Shown piece by piece: positions 13,198-25,066 of a stretch of 64,000 nucleotides of DNA (positions are counted from its first letter, which is position 1; each line of letters opens with the position of its first letter). A program made the position numbers and the translations under genes. Below the pieces are notes generated by a model that worked only from the letters and a program-made list of their open reading frames with translations, made no database searches and was not told the DNA's origin. Source of the stretch: Atractiella rhizophila (taxonomy: Eukaryota). Location: NCBI GenBank assembly GCA_021432655.1, contig MU271346.1:1-64000 (forward strand). The letters run 5' to 3'.

Positions 13198-14162
13198 TCT
13201 CGAGAGGGGGAACAGGTCGGAGAGGATGAGACCAGTGGAAGAAACAGTATCCCTACGCCAATCAACCAATGTTTGGCCGACGCACTAGTGAATAGATGGA
13301 ACGATGGACACACCAAACGCCACAAAATCTTACGCTCACGTCTCTACAAAACGTCCTCTTGAACTCAGAATTAGCCACTCCGTCTGGTGGCATCTTCTTG
13401 AACAAGTCGAAGGCAAAGCGGACCTGTTGGGCACTAGCAACGGCCGGACAATTATGACCTCAGTGAGTACCGAAAAGACGGGACTGGAAGGACACACTTT
13501 CCGCGTGGCAAGAGGCCAACGGTAGCCAGCATCCCCGCCAGAGCTCGTGCGGTGGCAGACCCACGGGAGAAACCGAAGAGGTAGATGCAGTCTCCGTTCT
13601 TTTCCAGAGGGGAAGAAGTTGTGTTATTCCTCCATGGATCGAGACGAAGGGGAGATAATCGGACGGACCTGATAGTTCTCCATCAAGAACGTGTATCCTT
13701 GCTGGATATGTGCGTCCATCGTCCTTCATACCTCCATGCGTCAGTGAGGTAAGGAGGGGGAAGGAGGAAATGGCACACGTCGCGAATGCCAAGTCGAGAA
13801 CTTTGGAGGAGGCGAAATAGATGTTGCCTACCATCGTGGGGACCTCGTACGTGCCAATTCCAGGCTATGAACGAAGTAACGTCAGCTCAGATGCAGTTAC
13901 TTGGCTCGAAATTCGGAGCATAGCAACGTGGTTGAGGAGGAACGAACTTGGTAGTAGCATCTCTGCGATGGAGAGTCCGTCTCGAGAAAAGAGAAGAGCT
14001 TGATGATGTTCGTGAGCTAAAGGAAGAGTGAGCTGTGAATAATGTGATTTATCAGCTTCACGATCAGAGGAAACATACATTATTTGAGAAACTGTTACCC
14101 GTGCCATCGAAGCAGAGGACGAGGTTTCGACACTGTCTTCCATTCACTAGCGCTTCACTCAT
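12213..14162 (-). CDS. DUF2235 / Tle1-like phospholipase-domain alpha/beta hydrolase (multi-exon)
   Basis: Manual splicing from ATG 14162 gives RNLVLCFDGTGNSF, TNIIKLF, YYQ-PGIGTY, GDCIYLFGFSRGSATARALAGML, DTVSSTG, RQAISLDEKR and KQLFFAGCHTDIGGG, the DUF2235 motifs in order; TGA 12213-12215. Confidence 0.9.
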
Positions 14163-14417
14163 GGTGATTGCGTTACCACTTCCACCCAGGCAGAATCAGG
14201 AGCTGTTGAGGACAATAGACGTTCGTGGAAAATAAGGAGCTCTCTGTCCCAGTTCAGGGGGTCTCCAAGAATGGATGAATGGCAAACCCTATCTCACCTT
14301 CCTTTCCTGGATTTCATCATTGGAAATGGAATCGAATTGAATAATCTAGCATAGAGCCAGTGAGCAGTTCCTCTCAAGTACACTTTGCGGCGTAATAACC
14401 ACCTTCACAGCTAACCA

Positions 14418-15059
14418 ATGTCCCACGTCCTCCAAACTCCCCCACCTTCCTTTCACCCGCACCTGGTGTCCACCCTCACATACCCCAGTCCTCCGCTGCC
14501 GTGCCCACTCATCTACGAGCACTACCTACCGTCCTCCGTCATCCTCGACCAGCACGAGCTCCTGCCCCTCTTTCCAGGCAGTTCCCTCCACATTTGGGGC
14601 AACCAGGACCCCGAAGCGCCACTCTCCGCACTGCCGCCGTCAAACGTCAAAGGAGGAATCCGATTTCAAGTCTTGAACCAGCCCGGAACAGTAGACGTTC
14701 CCGTCCATCTGCGCTATTTGCCTCCTTCGACTTCAAAAGAAACACAGGATGAAGAAAGGCTCATCATCAAAATCGAGGTGGCCGAGCCAAGGATCTATTA
14801 CAATTGTTCGTCACCACAGCCTGACCAGTCACCATCGCTAAAGTTGAGGATCGTGGACGAGCCGAAGGCGTGGGAATACGACTTGACTCCAGAAAGGGGC
14901 TTCTGGGCTAAAATTTACCTCCAAACTCCTGTGCCCGCGCAAGAGGATGTGAACTGGGTGCCCGCCGTTCAGACCCTCGTAGTGGCCATGGGTGCGCTTT
15001 GGTGTGGTTGGAAGGTGTGGAAGAGCTTGAAGGGGAAGAAAGAGAAGAGGACGGAATAG
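14418..15059 (+). CDS. PBN1: PIG-X/Pbn1 family subunit of GPI mannosyltransferase I
   Basis: Single 213-aa ORF with SFHP, LPSSVILDQHEL, GNQDPEAP, VPVHLRYLPP and a C-terminal TM helix with basic tail. Confidence 0.8.
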   Translation: MSHVLQTPPPSFHPHLVSTLTYPSPPLPCPLIYEHYLPSSVILDQHELLPLFPGSSLHIWGNQDPEAPLSALPPSNVKGGIRFQVLNQPGTVDVPVHLRYLPPSTSKETQDEERLIIKIEVAEPRIYYNCSSPQPDQSPSLKLRIVDEPKAWEYDLTPERGFWAKIYLQTPVPAQEDVNWVPAVQTLVVAMGALWCGWKVWKSLKGKKEKRTE

Positions 15060-15514
15060 TGGATGAGCTCCACCGGCGAGATTGCGAGCAGTTGCAACGG
15101 GATTAGGAGTGTACACTGGTTTCTTCCCACGACGAGAGGTCATGTGTATCTATCACCGAACGCACGCGCTTGTGGTACCTTTCCGATCCCATTTCACTCA
15201 TTTGGCTCTTCCTTTTCGCTTTTCACAGGCGCAGCGATGGATGACGAGGGAGCAGTCTAGCAGTCGTCTAGTCATCCGTCTCATGGATAGGTGGGCAGTT
15301 CAACAGCCTCCCCAAAGAACTGGATAGGTTCAACTCATGATCGCCCAAGGCATAAAATAAATTATTAAGATTAAGTCAAAGGCAGTGGAGTCCAATGACC
15401 ACAGGGGCACCAAGGAGTAAAGGATAGCACCAAAGAATGATATTTCACATGAGCTATTCACAACACGTGGTACAACTTTCCCTTTCTCCTTCCAACATAC
15501 TTCCGTTCGATTCG

Positions 15515-18066
15515 TTACGTAGAAGCCAGCCCATTGCCGGCCATAATTTGGTCAAACATCTGCAAAGCAGCCTGTCCATATTTGAGTGTTCCATGAGTGT
15601 AAGCGGGGACCTTCACCAGCGCCGTAACGTCATCAACTCGTTGTGAGACGAACAAGAAATGATGAACGCACCTCGTGCCCGGCTCCGTACACACGAAGAT
15701 AGCTGAAGGTCCCAGCGTTGAAGAACAGGCCGGCGTCTTGGCCTTGCACTTTGTACGTCTGCAGTTTCTGGGCGTGGATTTGGGAGGTGAGAGTCGTGTT
15801 GAGGTTTTGGACCATTGCTTCTATTCCAGGGTAGTTAAGGATGAAATCCTATCAAACAGCATCAGTTTCAATCTTCACGGCAAGGCATCTTCACGGTCAA
15901 GGCGTGAGAAAGGAAGGAACGTACAGCGTCACCGCAATAGACGAGTGTTTTGACCCCGGCATTGATGACCCTCTCCAACGCCAACCTGGAGTTATGCATC
16001 CAATCTCCCGTGGCAGCGAAGTTGCTGTACACCTGCGAGTTCGATTCTTGCCAAGTCGACTCAGCTCCAATCGTATCCGCGATGCTGTCGATGTAATTCT
16101 CGAAGTCAGGCGGGTATGGATCCGGGTCCCTTGCGAGGACGAAGTAGACGTCGTATGGTCCAGCGAGTGGTGAGAGGATGTTGTTGTTACAGTAGGATTG
16201 CGCGCGGGAGCAAGTGGAGGTCGAGCCGGTTGAGTAGCACGATTGGATCTGCCGTCGAAATCATGTTGAGATATTGGATGTGATGACGGGAAGAGCCCTA
16301 CCTGGTCCCTACATCCTCCAGATTTGGACCATGAGGTATTGGCGGTGTTGATGACGCTCGTGGACACAAGTTGATGGTAAGGGTTGTTCCTGTGGACATC
16401 CAACCTTTAAAGATTGCCCTTTCGAAGGACGACGATGACACTCACTTGGCATACTCAATATATCCAGGGTATTGGCTCAAGGGATCCGTTAACCCGTCTC
16501 CAACACCCAAAAACTGCAAATTCAGCTTGCTGCCGGTAACAGTGCCCGCAGCGATCTTATCGTTCTGGTCCAAGATATATTTCGAGAACTCTGGTCCATA
16601 GTGTCCTCCATACCTTCACACAAAGGTCAGCCAATACAACAAGTGAGGGAATGGAAGTTTGGCGAACGATTCTGTCCAGATTGCGAGTGGGTTGGAGGCG
16701 TATTTGGAGAAGGTGGAATCTTTGAAGAAGATCTGAAGGAAGGTCCAGACGTCGGCGGCGGCTGCTTGGGAGGTTCCAACGGTGGTTGTTCCGTAGCTGA
16801 ATCCGACGCCGACCTACAGTCTCTCCCTGTTAGCTCAGCGCGTGCGGAAAGAGAAGTGAACACACAGGCTGATCGATGAACATGACGTTCGAGTTCTCAT
16901 TCCACGACATAGGGTTCAGGACTACGGTTGAGGAGTCGTTCTTGATCCTGCAAGGTCCTAGCTCCTGGAAGAGACCGATCATGGAAGAGCTTCCAGGTCC
17001 ACCGTTCTATCTCAAATCGGATGTTAGCCCAGCTCATACTCCGATGAGTGGAGTACATACAAACCAGAGGGAGAGAGGAGCAGTGGCAGGGTTGTTCCGC
17101 GCGGCGAAGAACCAGAAGAACAAGTGTTTGTTGGATGCGATATCTCCATAACCCGAAGCCTGATAGACACCATTCGTCGTCTCTGTCCCACCAGCCGAGA
17201 TGGTCTACAAGGTTCTCAGGCGTGAGGCTGGAGGGCTTACCACAAACACCGCTGAACGAGTGAGGGAATGGAAGTTTGGCGAACGATTCTGTCCAGATTG
17301 CGAGTGGGTTGGACGCGTATTTGGAGAAGGTGGAATCTTTGAAGAAGATCTGAAGGAAGGTCCAGACGTCGGCGGCGGCTGCTTGGGAGGTTCCAACGGT
17401 GGTTGTTCCGTAGCTGAATCCGACGCCGACCTACAGTCTCTCCCTGTTAGCTCAGCGCGTGCGGAAAGAGAAGTGAACGCACAGGCTGATCGATAAACAT
17501 GACGTTCGAGTTCTCATTCCACGACATAGGATTTAGGACTACAGTTGAGGAGTCGTTCTTGATCCTGCAAGGTCCTAGCTCTTGGAAGAGACCGATCATG
17601 GAAGAGCTTCCAGGTCCACCGTTCTAATGTCAAATCGGATGTTAGCCCAGCTCCTACTCCGATGAGTGGAGTACATACAAACCAGAGGGAGAGAGGAGCG
17701 GTGGCAGGGTTGTTCCGCGCGGCGAAGAACCAGAAGAACAAGTGTTTGTTGGATGCGATATCTCCATAACCCGAAGCCTGGTAGACACCATTCGTCGTCT
17801 CTGTCCCACCAGCCGAAGTGGTCTACAAGATCCTCAGGCGTGAAGCTGGAGGGCTTACCACAAACACCGCTGTTCTGAGTATATCTCAGCTGTCCCGTGG
17901 CCTGAACTGTCACATCTTGCTCAACGATAGCGAGCTTCGAGGTAGAGTCGTCATGTGCAGCTAAAACGTCTGCAGGTACGCCTCCAACGACGCCATCGAT
18001 GACTGGAAACTGTGCGGCGCTGGCTGTGGCTGCGATAGCAGCGAGTGCTACCGTGGAGAAGAGCAT
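15515..18066 (-). CDS. Secreted serine carboxypeptidase (peptidase S10); the assembly carries an internal duplication
   Basis: Signal peptide [77 protein letters not shown] (Ser nucleophile) and [16 protein letters not shown] 15515-15517. Confidence 0.93.
16638..17872. repeat. Tandem near-identical duplication 2 (16638-17254 / 17255-17872) inside the carboxypeptidase gene
   Basis: Repeated block from GTGAGGGAATGGAAGTTTGG to CACAAACACCGCTG with a few substitutions and a 1-nt indel. Confidence 0.97.
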
Positions 18067-18424
18067 CGTTGACCGTGAATCGAAACGGAATGAGAGAGAT
18101 TTCAGAAGGGGAGAGACGCCTTTTATGGTGGTGCAGATGGTGCTATGTTTAAAGCGGGTCGCGTGGAGCGTGAATTGGCGTGGTTCCTGGGATGGGATTT
18201 GCTTTTGGATAATGATTAATGAAACAAAGAGGTTCCGAGGTCAAATTGCTATCACACACCACTGTGCTTGTGACTCCTACGTATGCATGCTCCTCGAACG
18301 CTTTCTAATACAGGAGGGCAACCCTCGTTGTCGTGAGTGCGTGCCCGCCTGACCATAAAGCTGGTAACAGGGTTGTTACTTTCGGCCTTCCCGAGGGTAA
18401 CCTTGTCTTTACGGATTACCGAAC

Positions 18425-18635
18425 CTTGAAGTTATCAATGTTTGATTGATTCTTGTGTTACCGTTTGTAGCTGGAGCAGAAAGTTATCATTGATTGGATA
18501 AGAAACATCATTAGTTGAGAAGTAGATAGCAAAAGAGGTGACATATAAGGTGAGCCAACCAAAACTTGATAGAAACTTCTGTGTGTCCAGATTATCTCTC
18601 ACGGCATGACCTCCGTTATCTCTGCTGTTACCTAA
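18425..18635. promoter_or_regulatory. GATA-site cluster upstream of the secreted carboxypeptidase
   Basis: About seven GATA/TATC cores (TTATCA twice, GATAAG, AGATAG, TGATAG, TTATCT twice) in ~200 nt, 360-570 nt upstream of ATG 18066. Confidence 0.5.
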
Positions 18636-20008
18636 AATCCGTCTTGTCTTTACTCACGGTATAATAAAAATGTAGAGCAAGGAACATGATTCTTAGCTTG
18701 CTGTTGTCTTATTCTCCAAATCAACCAGTGCGGAAGCTTGACGCCTGAATTCAGGCAGGAAATCAGGAAACTTTAGGTTTCAATTTCGTGTTTCGTTTGG
18801 CTTATTTGCCTGTCATCTCTTTGGGAGAACTCCACCTCAGATATCTTCCTCTTACCCACCCCGTCACCCGCATGACAGATGGCGGGTGGGTAAGGGTTAC
18901 GAGGGATCGACGAGTCACCTGAAGCCGCAGTAGGCAGGAAAGGAAGCAGCGGGACGTGTATCATGCTGAGATGTGCGTATGGTCACAGAGCAAACTAAGG
19001 TTTAGAATTCTTCTGTATGACTGTCCTTATTGACCTTTGCTCGATGTTCTCCTCCCATGGCACCTTTCTTTCTCTCGTCACATTTCATTTCTTCCAAGCT
19101 CGACAACTCCGTTAGCGAAAATCTCAACTAATAATGTTCTAAAATTTATTCTCCATTGACCAAATTGTATCTGTTAGATGAAATGATGGTGGAGTAGCAG
19201 ATCCGTGTGACATTGACTCATCACACCACCCATAATCAGCTCACATTTTGCCTGTATGAACGCACCGGTTTCCGTAGTTCTGTTTAAAAATTGCTCTCCC
19301 CTTCGCGCATTCATCAGCATCACTGTTGTGCCCTTGCATGGCGTATGCGCTGAGATTTTGTTTCTAAGCCGAGGCATGACTGTCATTGACATGGCATTGA
19401 AGCGAGCATAGAAGCCACTGCGCAATTAGCACATGCTATTTTGCACATCTATTAATTCTGATCAGGAAAGAAAGTTCCAGAAACACAGTTTCTTGAAGTA
19501 CTGATTGCAGATGCCATTTTCAGTTTGTGAGAGGATCAGTTTAGTGCGTAATGACAAAGAATTGTAATTCACTGCTCGTCTGCTCATGTGGCTTTCACAC
19601 AAAGGGACACCGCAAGGTTCAATGCTTCTTGATTTCTTGGGGAGGTCATAATGGCCTTTTCGTGTCAGAATAGAAACCTTCTAGGACTATCTTTGCTGAA
19701 ACTGCCATGTACGGCATAATGCACAAACGCACATTTCAGTGTGAGAAGGAGTCAGCTGTTGATGAAATAAGAGCGACTTTTTACCCCTTTGCTAATACGA
19801 CTGATTGTCTACGGCTCTCAGAAAAGCACTTGTTTCGCGTGCAAATAGAGGACTCGACTGACATACCCACCATAGGCCAAAACGTTCTGCCAGAGCTGCA
19901 GCATTCAGGACCAACTCCTCCTCCTCTATCCGACGAACCACAGAATTTCTCAAAGTGGAATCTTCATTATCACCAAACTTCCCATCCCAATCGATTTCAG
20001 ACCTGAAG

Positions 20009-21340
20009 ATGTCGAGCGGTAAAGCCCCTCGATCGATTGGCTCTGTTGGCGAGATGAAGGGTAGTACAACGTCTTCTTCCTCCAAAGGAAAGCGATCTGC
20101 ACCCCAAAAGCAAACACCGCAAACTTCAGCGCCGTTGGAAACTTCCACTGATGCCTCCCAGAAAAATCCTGGGGACCTATCGCGCAAAAAGCTATTATAC
20201 CTTTTTGTCAGTTCTCCTCTCTGTTAAATTGCCACATGTAAAGGAGGATTTGTGGCATAGGAAAGGGTCGAGGAGTCTCAAAATGCGATTGCGGCTCTTG
20301 TGGATGCACGTCAACCACAGAAACAAGTCGAGCTTGCTCATTCGATCAAGAAATCAATAAAGATCATGCGGGGTCTGCTGGAGAAAGAAGCGAAACAGTC
20401 GCCAGGAAATGGAATCGAACACCTTTTTCCAGGTGAGGAAGAGAGCAAAGGCAAGAAAACTGGAGAGGAGGTGAAAAGGAGAGAGCACGTTGAAGATCTG
20501 AAAGTGGACTTTCAAGGTAAAAAAGCGAGGATCTCGCTAGTGAAGTCGCTCTCCTCTTAAAAGTAGAGGATATTGATGGATATTATAGTCTAAGGATAAC
20601 GCAGCGCAAAGACACGTCGTATGTTTGATAGGTTTCCTGAATTCGAGACCTGAACGGAGAGTTCCAGAGTGGCATCCGCGAGCTGATTGCCCAAAGAATG
20701 ACTATCTCCACTCCTCGCTTCATGCCTTACACTCCACCTCTTGCACCTTCCACCTTGACCAATTCACCTTTCCCAAACGTTCAATTCAACGATACATCAT
20801 TCAGGCCCTCAGCACCATCCAGTCCAAATGCCCAAAGTTCCTTCTACTCAGCAGGGATGTTTCCCCAGTCTTTCGGGGTACAAAGCGTCTCACCAAGCGC
20901 ACAAGGCCCCTCTTCGCCCGTTCTCTCGACCTCACCATTTGCAAATGATCTATGGGGACAGTTCGGCTTGGAGGGGCAGAATGGACCTGGACTTGGTAGG
21001 AGGGAATTGGACGATAGGGCAATGTGGACGATCTGGTCTTTCGCCAAAGATCAAAAGAGTAGGATTGGGTATTGGAGCACGACATTGTAGGTTGCTGGTT
21101 CTCGCAAATAGATTCCAAGATCCCTACTCGACGTCTTAGAGACCTATATCGACCTGACTCGAAAGAAATCACCTGGCCGGACGTCTCTTTGAAGGCAAAA
21201 ACTCTCGATCCAGCGGAGCCCAGATGGAAAGTCTATATTCAGTACAAGAAATTGACCAGCGCATACTGTGCGTTATCTGGATCGGGTGTGACATTGCCTG
21301 ATATATAATATTGGATTAATCAGACTATCGAAATCTAATT
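20009..21340 (+). CDS. Hypothetical protein (orphan; S/K-rich N-terminus, coiled segment, S/P-rich middle); 3' end uncertain
   Basis: Successive ORF segments linked by GT-AG introns (MSSGKAPRS..., ERVEESQNAIAALVDARQ..., MTISTPRF..., ...RWKVYIQYKKLTSAY); no family recognised. Confidence 0.55.
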
Positions 21341-23839
21341 GTTACCGATGCTTCACTCAAAGACCTCACAGAATATTTTTTGCTACTCCCACAAAGTGCG
21401 TCCATTTCATTCTCTTCCCGCGTCTACATATAAAACTAACGATTTTGGAAGGGGTCTATGAAGTTGGCAGTGTGAACGAATGGAGAGAAGGAACAACTGA
21501 CGGAGAAAGGATGGAGGGAAAGTTGTCATTTTTTTGGTAGTTTTTTACCTTACAACCCCCGTCAAAATTTGAACTGTTATCGTCGCAATGAGCACCAAGT
21601 TGTATCATCAATACATTCTCATTTTCATTGGGACAAAAGCAAAGGAGAGAGTGGACAAATTTCAGTTTCCCCAAACATTGGCGATCCATGATGGCTCGTA
21701 AGGATATTGCCACAACATCACTATTTGAACCGTCAGTTTTGTTTTGAATGCTTTGATGGCAAGGAACTCACGGCCACCATTCCAGCCATTATTCCTTGCA
21801 TCTTGAACACAAGCTAGATGGCACGTGAGCTGGAGGGTACCTGAAGAAGATAGAGCCGTACGCTGGAGTTGTGCCGCCGTCATGTACCCGCTGCCAGCGT
21901 TAGCAGGCGTTGAAGGTTTCCCAAGAGAGCGGTAAAGCCCCTTGATCGATTGGCTCTGTTGGCGAGATGAAGGGTAGTACAACGTCTTCTTCCTCCAAAG
22001 GAAAGCGATCTGCACCCCAAAAGCAAACACCGCAAACTTCAGCGCCGTTGGAAACTTCCACTGATGCCTCCCAGAAAAATCCTGGGGACCTATCGCGCAA
22101 AAAGCTATTATACCTTTTTGTCAGTTCTCCTCTCTGTTAAATTGCCACATGTAAAGGAGGATTTGTGGCATAGGAAAGGGTCGAGGAGTCTCAAAATGCG
22201 ATTGCGGCTCTTGTGGATGCACGTCAACCACAGAAACAAGTCGAGCTTGCTCATTCGATCAAGAAATCAATAAAGATCATGCGGGGTCTGCTGGAGAAAG
22301 AAGCGAAACAGTCGCCAGGAAATGGAATCGAACACCTTTTTCCAGGTGAGGAAGAGAGCAAACACAAGAAAACTGAAGAGGAGGTGAAAAGGAGAGAGCA
22401 CGTTGAAGATCTGAAAGTGGACTTTCAAGGTAAAAAAGCGAGGATCTCGCTAGTGAAGTCGCTCCCCTCTTAAAAGTAGAGGATATTGATGAATATTATA
22501 GTCTAAGGACAACGCAGCGCAAAGACACGTCGTACGTTTGATAGGTTTCCTGAATTCAAGACCTGAACGGAGAGTTCCAGAGTGGCATCCGTGAGCTGAT
22601 TGCCCAAAGAATGACTATCTCCACTCCTCGCTTCATGCCTTACACTCCACCTCTTGCACCTTCCACCTTGACCAATTCACCTTTCCCAAACGTTCAATTC
22701 AACGATACATCATTCAGGCCCTCAGCACCATCCAGTCCAAATGCCCAAAGTTCCTTCTACTCAGCAGGGATGTTTCCCCAGTCTTTCGGGGTACAAAGCG
22801 TCTCACCAAGCGCACAAGGCCCCTCTTCGCCCGTTCTCTCGACCTCACCATTTGCAAATGATCTATGGGGACAGTTCGGCTTGGAGGGGCAGAATGGACC
22901 TGGACTTGGTAGGAGGGAATTGGACGATAGGGCAATGTGGACGATCTGGTCTTTCGCCAAAGATCAAAAGAGTAGGATTGGGTATTGGAGCACGACATTG
23001 TAGGTTGCTGGTTCTCGCAAATAGATTCCAAGATCCTTACTCGCGTCTTAGGGACCTATATCGACCTGACTCGAAAGAAATCACCTGGGCGGACGTCTCT
23101 TTGAAGGCAAAAACTCTCGATCCAGCGGAGCCCAGATGGAAAGTCTATATTCAGTACAAGAAATTGACCAGCGCATACTGTGCGTTATCTGGATCGGGTG
23201 TGACATTGCCTGATATATAATATTGGATTAATCAGACTATCGAAATCTAATTGTTACAGATGCTTCACTCAAAGACCTCACAGAATATTTTTTGCTACTC
23301 CCACAAAGTGCGTCCATTTCATTCTCTTCCCGCGTCTACATATAAAACTAACGATTTTGGAAGGGGTCTATGAAGTTGGCAGTGTGAACGAATGGAGAGA
23401 AGGAACAACTGACGGAGAAAGGATGGAGGGAAAGTTGTCATTTTTTTGGTAGTTTTTTACCTTACAACCCCCGTCAAAATTTGAACTGTTATCGTCGCAA
23501 TGAGCACCAAGTTGTATCATCAATACATTCTCATTTTCATTGGGACAAAAGCAAAGGAGAGAGTGGACAAATTTCAGTTTCCCCAAACATTGGCGATCCA
23601 TGATGGCTCGTAAGGATATTGCCACAACATCACTATTTGAACCGTCAGTTTTGTTTTGAATGCTTTGATGGCAAGGAACTCACGGCCACCATTCCAGCCA
23701 TTATTCCTGGCATCTTGAACACAAGCTAGATGGCCACGTGAGCTGGAGGGTACCTGAAGAAGATAGAACCGTACGCTGGAGTTGTGCCGCCGTCATGTAC
23801 CCGCTGCCAGCGTTAGCAGGCGTTGAAGGTTTCCCAAGA
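20014..23839. repeat. Tandem near-identical duplication 3 (20014-21926 / 21927-23839, period 1913)
   Basis: Both copies start GAGCGGTAAAGCCCC and end GGTTTCCCAAGA; they include most of the orphan gene and the chitinase 3' end. Confidence 0.97.
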
Positions 23840-25066
23840 ACTACATGTGGTCAGAAAAGCCTTTTATCTCAAAGGTAACCCACCTAGTTTCTCCATTGGT
23901 ATGCCCCTTGCGTTCAGCTCGAGAATGCTCGTCCCTGGTTCCCATCCGCCACTCGTATGGATCAGTTGAGAGCAAGATGTGTACCCCACGTCCTGGTTGT
24001 AGTACCTGGCAGTGAGGCGTGAGCGCGTGGAGTGCATCAGAGAAATGGTAGAAACGCTTCACTGGATGTTGTACCAGTCAATCATGAATCCAACTTCATT
24101 TCTTACTCGCCAATAGCCTCCTCCAGGATAGAAGGCTGTCCCTGCATTTGGAGTAGAGGTGGTGAACCACGGCCCGACCTTGACAGAGGAACAGTGAAAA
24201 TGTTTTCTTGGTAAGTATGGAACGATGACATACCGGGGCGTGGCTTCTGTTTTAGGAGTCGGTAATCTTCAACCAAGAAAATAATAGAACACTAACATGA
24301 TGTAATCGTCTCCGAGCTGTCCTCGTAACTGCTTCTGGAAAGTGATTAGCCAGTCTTCCGCAATTCCGATATTCATCGCGTTCAGATCCTCATAGTCAAC
24401 ATCGACTCCCTAAAATCCATCAATCAGTAGAAATTGAAATAGAGGGAAAGGATTAACGTCGAAGTTCCACTGCTTGACAAAAGCAGCCAATTGGTTCGCA
24501 AGCGTAGTAGGGTCGAAACCATCCGTCGTCGGGTGGCTTGTCTGCCCAAAGGCAGAGACGATCAATTTCTTGCCAGCAGCATGATAGCTGTCCAAAATGG
24601 ATGTTCTTGTGGATGCATCTAAGTTCGTCCAAGCTGCTGCTTGATCAGCAGGTCCATTCGTCAACCAACTAATGGAAAGTTAAATCAGCTCGTACGATGG
24701 TGCAGAGAACGGAAATACAAAGCAAGGGCGATAATATTCCACTGTCCAAGATCGCTCACAGGTGGAGGTGCTCCACCGTTACTCCAATAGCTGTCGCTGT
24801 ATTCCGAAGACGTGTCAGCCTTGCCAGCAAGGCTCCACAGAAACCTCTCACACGTAGATGACGAAGTGAGGTGCAGCAGGAACAGAGAGTGCAGATACTT
24901 GCGCCACCTCTAAAGCTGTTGCTGTCTCATTGATGGTAGCAACGTTCGGTTGGGTAGTTTGCACAGAGGCAGGAGGCGGCTGGTCTTGCAAGTCGAGTTG
25001 AAACATTGGAGCCGCATTGGCAGCTCCAAGAAGAAGAAGAGAAGCAGCGATGTTGAGGAGATTCAT
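23574..25066 (-). CDS. Secreted GH18 chitinase (multi-exon)
   Basis: Signal peptide MNLLNIAASLLLLGAANA; KKLIVSAFG, NFD-GVDVDYE (DxDxE catalytic motif across an intron), IDWYNIQ-FYNQ, LGKP and VMLWQYP. Confidence 0.92.

Noticed and set aside
18770..19950. Gene-poor stretch with short ORFs, possible transposon relic
   Set aside because: No transposase or RT motif, terminal repeats or target-site duplication visible.
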